Assembly: GCA_038042445.1 (NCBI GenBank) | Contig: JBBTED010000017.1 | Span: 1 to 12,980, forward strand | DNA from: Candidatus Firestoneibacteriota bacterium | Lineage (GTDB): Bacteria > Oederibacteriota > D2-FULL-39-29 > JBBTED01 | DNA: 12,980 nucleotides | Direction: 5' to 3' | Part shown: positions 7,577 to 12,980 of the stretch, piece after piece | How positions within the stretch are numbered: position 1 is the first letter of the stretch | Layout of the letters: every line of letters starts with the position of its first letter | The notes under the pieces: model-generated | Databases searched by the model: none | Seen by the model: only the letters and a program-made list of their open reading frames with translations | What the model was told of the DNA's origin: nothing | Position numbers and translations under genes: made by a program

Positions 7577-8593
7577 TTACTCTCTCACACTGATTTTTTG
7601 GCCTTGCTTTTTTTCAGCATCTTTTAAAATTTTAATATCTTCGTACGCCTCAGATATGTCTATTATATCGGATGGCAAAGATGTATTCTTTTCAATACAT
7701 TTCACAAATTTATCATAAAAATTATTTTGCAGCTTTTTAACTTCCCATTTTTTTATTTTCCCTTCTTTTGATGCGACAATCATCATCTTGTTTTTTTCTG
7801 TATTTTTACTTAAATACCATCCTTTATCAGTAATCATATATGACATATCAATATGTTCACGTTTATTTTCTTTTTTACTGTAAACTGCTAAATCAGCAGC
7901 CCATGTTATAAAAAGATAAGCAGCCGCATTACCCTCAAAATCTAATTTCATAAATTCTGTATCATTACATTCTAAATTGTGTGAATGATTGTCAGAAAAA
8001 TAGGTGCAAGATATTGCTTTTGTTCCCATTAAATACCGTGCAACATTTAAATTGTGAATCATTGCATCCATAAATGGTCCACCATTTTTTTTAGAATCAG
8101 TTGCCCATTTATTCCATACAGGATAATGATGAATCCAGTCTTGTTTGTAAAGAGATAGCTTACCTATTTCTCCACTGTTAAATATTTCTTTATATGTCTC
8201 AATTAGTGCGTTACCGGTACGTCCATATATAACTCCACATTTTACTTTTTCACCTACAACTTTCTTTACCATTGCTAAACAATCTATAATATTCAGTCCG
8301 AGTGGCTTTGTTGTAAGTATATGTTTTTTGAATTTTGCAGCTTTAATTACAAGATTTCTTCGCGCCCACGGTGGCACAAAAATACAAACGATATCTATTT
8401 CAGAGTCATCAAAAATATAATCGTCAGTATTAACAACATTTCCACCTAAAATTTTTGCATATTTTTCTGCCCGCATATTGTCAGTGTCAAATATTGATTT
8501 TACACATATATTCTTACTATTATTAATATTATTGCATTCTAATCTCAGAAAATCTCCACATCCTATAATACCTACCTTATGTATCTTGCCCAT
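7577..8593 (-). CDS. Gfo/Idh/MocA-family oxidoreductase
   Basis: VGIIGCG, DIVCIFVPP, HILTTKP (EKP-equivalent), GGPFMDAMIH; RBS GGAGG. Confidence 0.9.
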   Translation of the reverse strand: MGKIHKVGIIGCGDFLRLECNNINNSKNICVKSIFDTDNMRAEKYAKILGGNVVNTDDYIFDDSEIDIVCIFVPPWARRNLVIKAAKFKKHILTTKPLGLNIIDCLAMVKKVVGEKVKCGVIYGRTGNALIETYKEIFNSGEIGKLSLYKQDWIHHYPVWNKWATDSKKNGGPFMDAMIHNLNVARYLMGTKAISCTYFSDNHSHNLECNDTEFMKLDFEGNAAAYLFITWAADLAVYSKKENKREHIDMSYMITDKGWYLSKNTEKNKMMIVASKEGKIKKWEVKKLQNNFYDKFVKCIEKNTSLPSDIIDISEAYEDIKILKDAEKKQGQKISVRE

Positions 8594-8610
8594 ATTTTTT
8601 TACCTCCATT

Positions 8611-9603
8611 TTATATAAAACATTTTTCATACGCACTAATAATCTTATCCATAGTCTCATTGATTTTAGGATTAATAATTTTGCGCGTTTCATCCTCATT
8701 AAACCACTCTAATGTTTTCTTAATTCCTTCAGAAAAAGTAATAGTTGCTTTAAATTCTGGAACAAAAGTTTTAATTTTGCTATTGTCAAATATTACACTC
8801 CATCCTTTATCACCTAACAAACCTGCTCCAATATCCGGTTCAATCCTATTGATAAAATCTGTTGGGATATGAACAATATTTGCCTCAACTCCTGCAGCAT
8901 CAGCTATAGTTTTGTATATCTGGTCCCATGTCAATATCTCGTCAGAGGTAATATGAAAGCAATGGCCAATAGCCTGTTGATGACCTATTAATCCTACAAA
9001 ACCTTTTGCAAAATCTTCACTGTGTGTTACTGTCCATAAAGAAGAACCATCTCCATGTACTATAATTTTTCCACCACGTTTCATACGATCAATAATAGTA
9101 TAACATCCCCATCCACCTATAGCTATTGGAAATAGTGTATTATATGTAAGTGATGGCCTTACAATTGTTATAGGAAATCCTTGTTCACGATATACACTTA
9201 TCAAATATTCTTCACAAGCTATTTTGTTTTGAGAATATTTCCAATACGGATTGTAAGTTGGCGTAGACTCTGTAATAATCGGGTATAATGGTGGTTTTTG
9301 ATACACTGAAGCGGAACTTATATATATATACTGTTTAACTTTACCTAACAAAAGTTCTACATCAGCTTTTATATTTACCGGCAGATAACCAATCCAATTT
9401 ACTACCACATCAAATTTTTCTTTTGCAAAAATTTGATGTACTTTTTCCTTATCACATATATCTGTAGTAATCGTTTTTGCACCTGCTATTTCTACTTTTC
9501 GCTTCCCGCGTGTAAGCAGATAAAGATCTATTCCATTTTTAATAGCAAGTCTACTTACTGCTGAACTAATATTTCCAGTTCCACCAATAAATAATGTCTT
9601 CAT
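8611..9603 (-). CDS. NAD-dependent epimerase/dehydratase (extended SDR)
   Basis: GGTGNIS, YIYISSASVY, YSQNK catalytic YxxxK, TIVRPS; RBS AGGAGG. Confidence 0.9.
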   Translation of the reverse strand: MKTLFIGGTGNISSAVSRLAIKNGIDLYLLTRGKRKVEIAGAKTITTDICDKEKVHQIFAKEKFDVVVNWIGYLPVNIKADVELLLGKVKQYIYISSASVYQKPPLYPIITESTPTYNPYWKYSQNKIACEEYLISVYREQGFPITIVRPSLTYNTLFPIAIGGWGCYTIIDRMKRGGKIIVHGDGSSLWTVTHSEDFAKGFVGLIGHQQAIGHCFHITSDEILTWDQIYKTIADAAGVEANIVHIPTDFINRIEPDIGAGLLGDKGWSVIFDNSKIKTFVPEFKATITFSEGIKKTLEWFNEDETRKIINPKINETMDKIISAYEKCFI

Positions 9604-9645
9604 TATTAATTACCTCCTATTTATATCCACTCAAGTTTAGTACAA

Positions 9646-9674
9646 AATATATATTATAAAATGTAAAAAAGCAA
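9646..9674 (-). promoter_or_regulatory. Possible sigma70 promoter for the SDR-Gfo pair
   Basis: Minus strand TTGCTT (9674-9669), 17 nt, TATATT (9651-9646); AT-rich context lowers certainty. Confidence 0.45.
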
Positions 9675-9691
9675 ATGAATTATTTTGCACT

Positions 9692-9789
9692 CAGGTCTGC
9701 AGAATAGCTTTTTTAAAAACCGACTAAAAAGTGTATTATTATTATTGGAAGAAAATGGCATAAATAAAAAAAGCTATTCTGCAGACCTG
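9692..9789. mobile_element. 98-bp MITE with perfect 23-bp TIRs and 9-bp target duplication
   Basis: CAGGTCTGCAGAATAGCTTTTTT (9692-9714) inverted at 9767-9789; flanks TTTTGCACT (9683-9691) / TTTTGCAAT (9790-9798). Confidence 0.85.
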
Positions 9790-9811
9790 TTTTGCAATTT
9801 AATCTGAAGAG

Positions 9812-9838
9812 GTAGAGACGGTTGCGAACTGCCTCTAT
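9812..9838 (+). repeat. GTAG-type REP-like palindrome
   Basis: GTAGAGACGGTT-gcg-AACTGCCTCTAT. Confidence 0.5.
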
Positions 9839-9859
9839 TACAGAAAAAACGTAATAACA

Positions 9860-9907
9860 AAACAATAAGTGTTTCATAATGAAACACTTATTGTTTCATA
9901 TAAGACA
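9860..9907. promoter_or_regulatory. Putative upstream activator sequence (bEBP enhancer)
   Basis: Perfect 37-bp palindrome 9860-9896 with core TGTTTCA-taa-TGAAACA (9870-9886), plus an adjacent second site TGTTTCA-ta-TAAGACA (9892-9907). Confidence 0.65.
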
Positions 9908-9968
9908 TTTTAAACTACTATATACTACAACTCAGTTAATCAACTCTGCAAATTATTAAATAATTCAG

Positions 9969-10109
9969 ACTGTGCCACAATCTACAAAAATCGGTTTTTC
10001 CGGGTCGGATAAATCCTGCCCCTACAAAAACATTTGCATTTATTGATGATTGTAGGGGCTTGATTTATCAAGCCCGATAAATCAATGAAATTTATAATTG
10101 TGCCACAGT
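9969..10109. mobile_element. MITE-like element with 13-bp TIRs enclosing two GTAG REPs
   Basis: ACTGTGCCACAAT (9969-9981) / ATTGTGCCACAGT (10097-10109), 12/13 match. REPs cgggtcggataaatcctgcccctaca (10001-10026) and tgtaggggcttgatttatcaagcccg (10051-10076). Confidence 0.6.
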
Positions 10110-10154
10110 ATAATTTTCAAGTATTTTTAGAATATTAATCAACTTTTTCATTTT

Positions 10155-10170
10155 TGGCATACTTCTTGCA
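10155..10170 (+). promoter_or_regulatory. Sigma54 (-24/-12) promoter of groES-groEL-dnaK
   Basis: TGGCAT-acttc-TTGCA against the consensus TGGCAC-N5-TTGCW, with exact GG-N10-GC spacing; predicted TSS near 10181. Confidence 0.8.
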
Positions 10171-10308
10171 TTATATATAGTAACACAGTAAAATAATAGG
10201 TTGGGCGTGCCCTATACCCGAACGAAGTGAGTAAGTTTAGGACTTAAACCCAATCAAGTAAAAACCCTATACCATTACGGTATAGGAAAAAGAAAGGAGT
10301 GATAAGAA

Positions 10309-10599
10309 ATGGCAGTGAAACCGTTAGAAGATAGGATACTGGTTAAACCAGTAGAACAAAAGGAACAGAACAAAGGTGGAATAATTATTCCGGATACTGC
10401 AAAAGAAAAACCTGAAGAAGGAAAGGTTATTGCAGTTGGAACAGGCAAAACTCTGGATAATGGACAAAAAAAAGCAGTTGAAGTAAAAAAAGGCGACATG
10501 GTATTGTTTGCCAAATATGCAGGCACTGAAATTACAATAGACGGCGAAAAACATATGATAATGCGTGAAGACGAGATTTTAGCTGTAATTGAAAATTAA
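10309..10599 (+). CDS. groES: Co-chaperonin GroES
   Basis: [47 protein letters not shown]. Confidence 0.98.
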   Translation: MAVKPLEDRILVKPVEQKEQNKGGIIIPDTAKEKPEEGKVIAVGTGKTLDNGQKKAVEVKKGDMVLFAKYAGTEITIDGEKHMIMREDEILAVIEN

Positions 10600-10610
10600 T
10601 TGCTTTTTAA

Positions 10611-12254
<1,644 letters not shown>

Positions 12255-12261
12255 AAAAGAA

Positions 12262-12297
12262 ACAGGGGGGGCAATAAAATGCCTCCCTTGTACTTTA
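12262..12297 (+). terminator. Hairpin after groEL (weak terminator or mRNA stabiliser)
   Basis: ACAGGGGGGGCA-ataaaa-TGCCTCCCTTGT followed by only a short T tract (acttt). Confidence 0.55.
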
Positions 12298-12307
12298 AAT
12301 AGTAGTC

Positions 12308-12358
12308 GTAGGGGCGAGTTTACTCGCCCAATAAACGGGCAGGTAAACCTGGCCCTAC
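12308..12358. repeat. 51-bp REPIN, copy 2
   Basis: One mismatch against 6350-6400. Confidence 0.85.
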
Positions 12359-12385
12359 AATAAAAATTTAAAAGGGAGAAAAGCT

Positions 12386-12980
12386 ATGGCTAGAATAATT
12401 GGAATAGATTTAGGCACAAGCAACTCAGCTGCTGCTGCAATGGTTGGAGGCAAACCAACAATAATTCCAAGTGCAGAAGGCACAAGCTTAGGTGGAAAAG
12501 CATTCCCATCTTATGTGGCTTTTACAAAAGACGGACAACGATTGGTTGGAGAGCCGGCAAGAAGACAAGCTGTTTCAAATACTGAGGGTACTGTTATTGC
12601 TATAAAGCGAAAAATGGGAACAGATTATAAAACAAAAATTTATGGCAAAGAATATACTCCTCAACAGATTTCAGCTTATATTCTTCAAAAAGTAAAACAA
12701 GATGCAGAAGCATTTTTAGGAGAAAAAGTTGAAAAAGCAGTTATAACCTGTCCTGCTTATTTTAATGATAATCAACGTCAGGCAACCAAAGACGCAGGAA
12801 CAATAGCAGGCCTTGATGTAGTAAGAATAATAAACGAGCCAACAGCAGCATGTTTATCTTATGGACTTGATAAAGCAAACAAAGAACAATAAATATTAAT
12901 TTTTGACTTTGGTGGCTGATCACTTTACGTAACAATTATGGATATGGCGGAAGGCGTATTTACTGTTGTGTCAACAAATG
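12386..12980 (+). CDS. dnaK: Chaperone DnaK (Hsp70), 5' part; apparent stops at 12890 and 12917 are probably sequence errors
   Basis: [39 protein letters not shown]. Homology continues in frame past the stops: [30 protein letters not shown]. Confidence 0.93.

Noticed and set aside
10137..10149. IHF site (AATCAActttTTC)
   Set aside because: One mismatch to WATCAANNNNTTR in very AT-rich DNA and unusually close to the -24 box; too weak to call as a feature.
10110..10308. CIRCE operator, hammerhead/twister ribozyme or known riboswitch before groES
   Set aside because: No TTAGCACTC-N9-GAGTGCTAA, no CUGANGA/GAAA core, and no aptamer consensus that I recognise.
12890..12919. Alternative genetic code or stop readthrough (TGA=Gly as in code 25)
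   Set aside because: TAA would have to mean Glu at 6737 and probably Lys at 12890, missense changes to T lie alongside, TGA ends the DUF3786 gene normally, TAA ends most genes, and no other gene has internal TGA.

Overview
AT-rich bacterial window with three modules. (1) A minus-strand sugar/polyol catabolic locus (1-5607): an autoregulated LacI repressor, two Zn-dependent dehydrogenases and a sugar-phosphate isomerase/epimerase-family protein. It ends in a separately promoted GHL6/GH42-like glycoside hydrolase that runs off the left edge and is missing from the ORF track. (2) A middle section: a divergent DUF3786 gene, a sensor-less sigma54 activator (AAA+/Fis HTH) broken by one in-frame TAA at its Walker B Glu, and two minus-strand NAD(P) oxidoreductases. 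(3) A groES-groEL-dnaK chaperone operon with no CIRCE, but with a clean sigma54 -24/-12 promoter, a 37-bp perfect palindromic enhancer-like site and a structured leader. The DnaK looks archaeal-type (Thermoplasmata/Thaumarchaeota-like), and its last ~90 nt carry clustered substitutions to T that are probably sequence errors. Intergenic spaces are densely colonised by GTAG-type REP/REPINs and MITE-like elements. The best candidate for a little-described system is sigma54/enhancer-driven chaperone regulation by a PspF-like sensor-less activator. All family assignments come from motif recognition by eye, not database searches.
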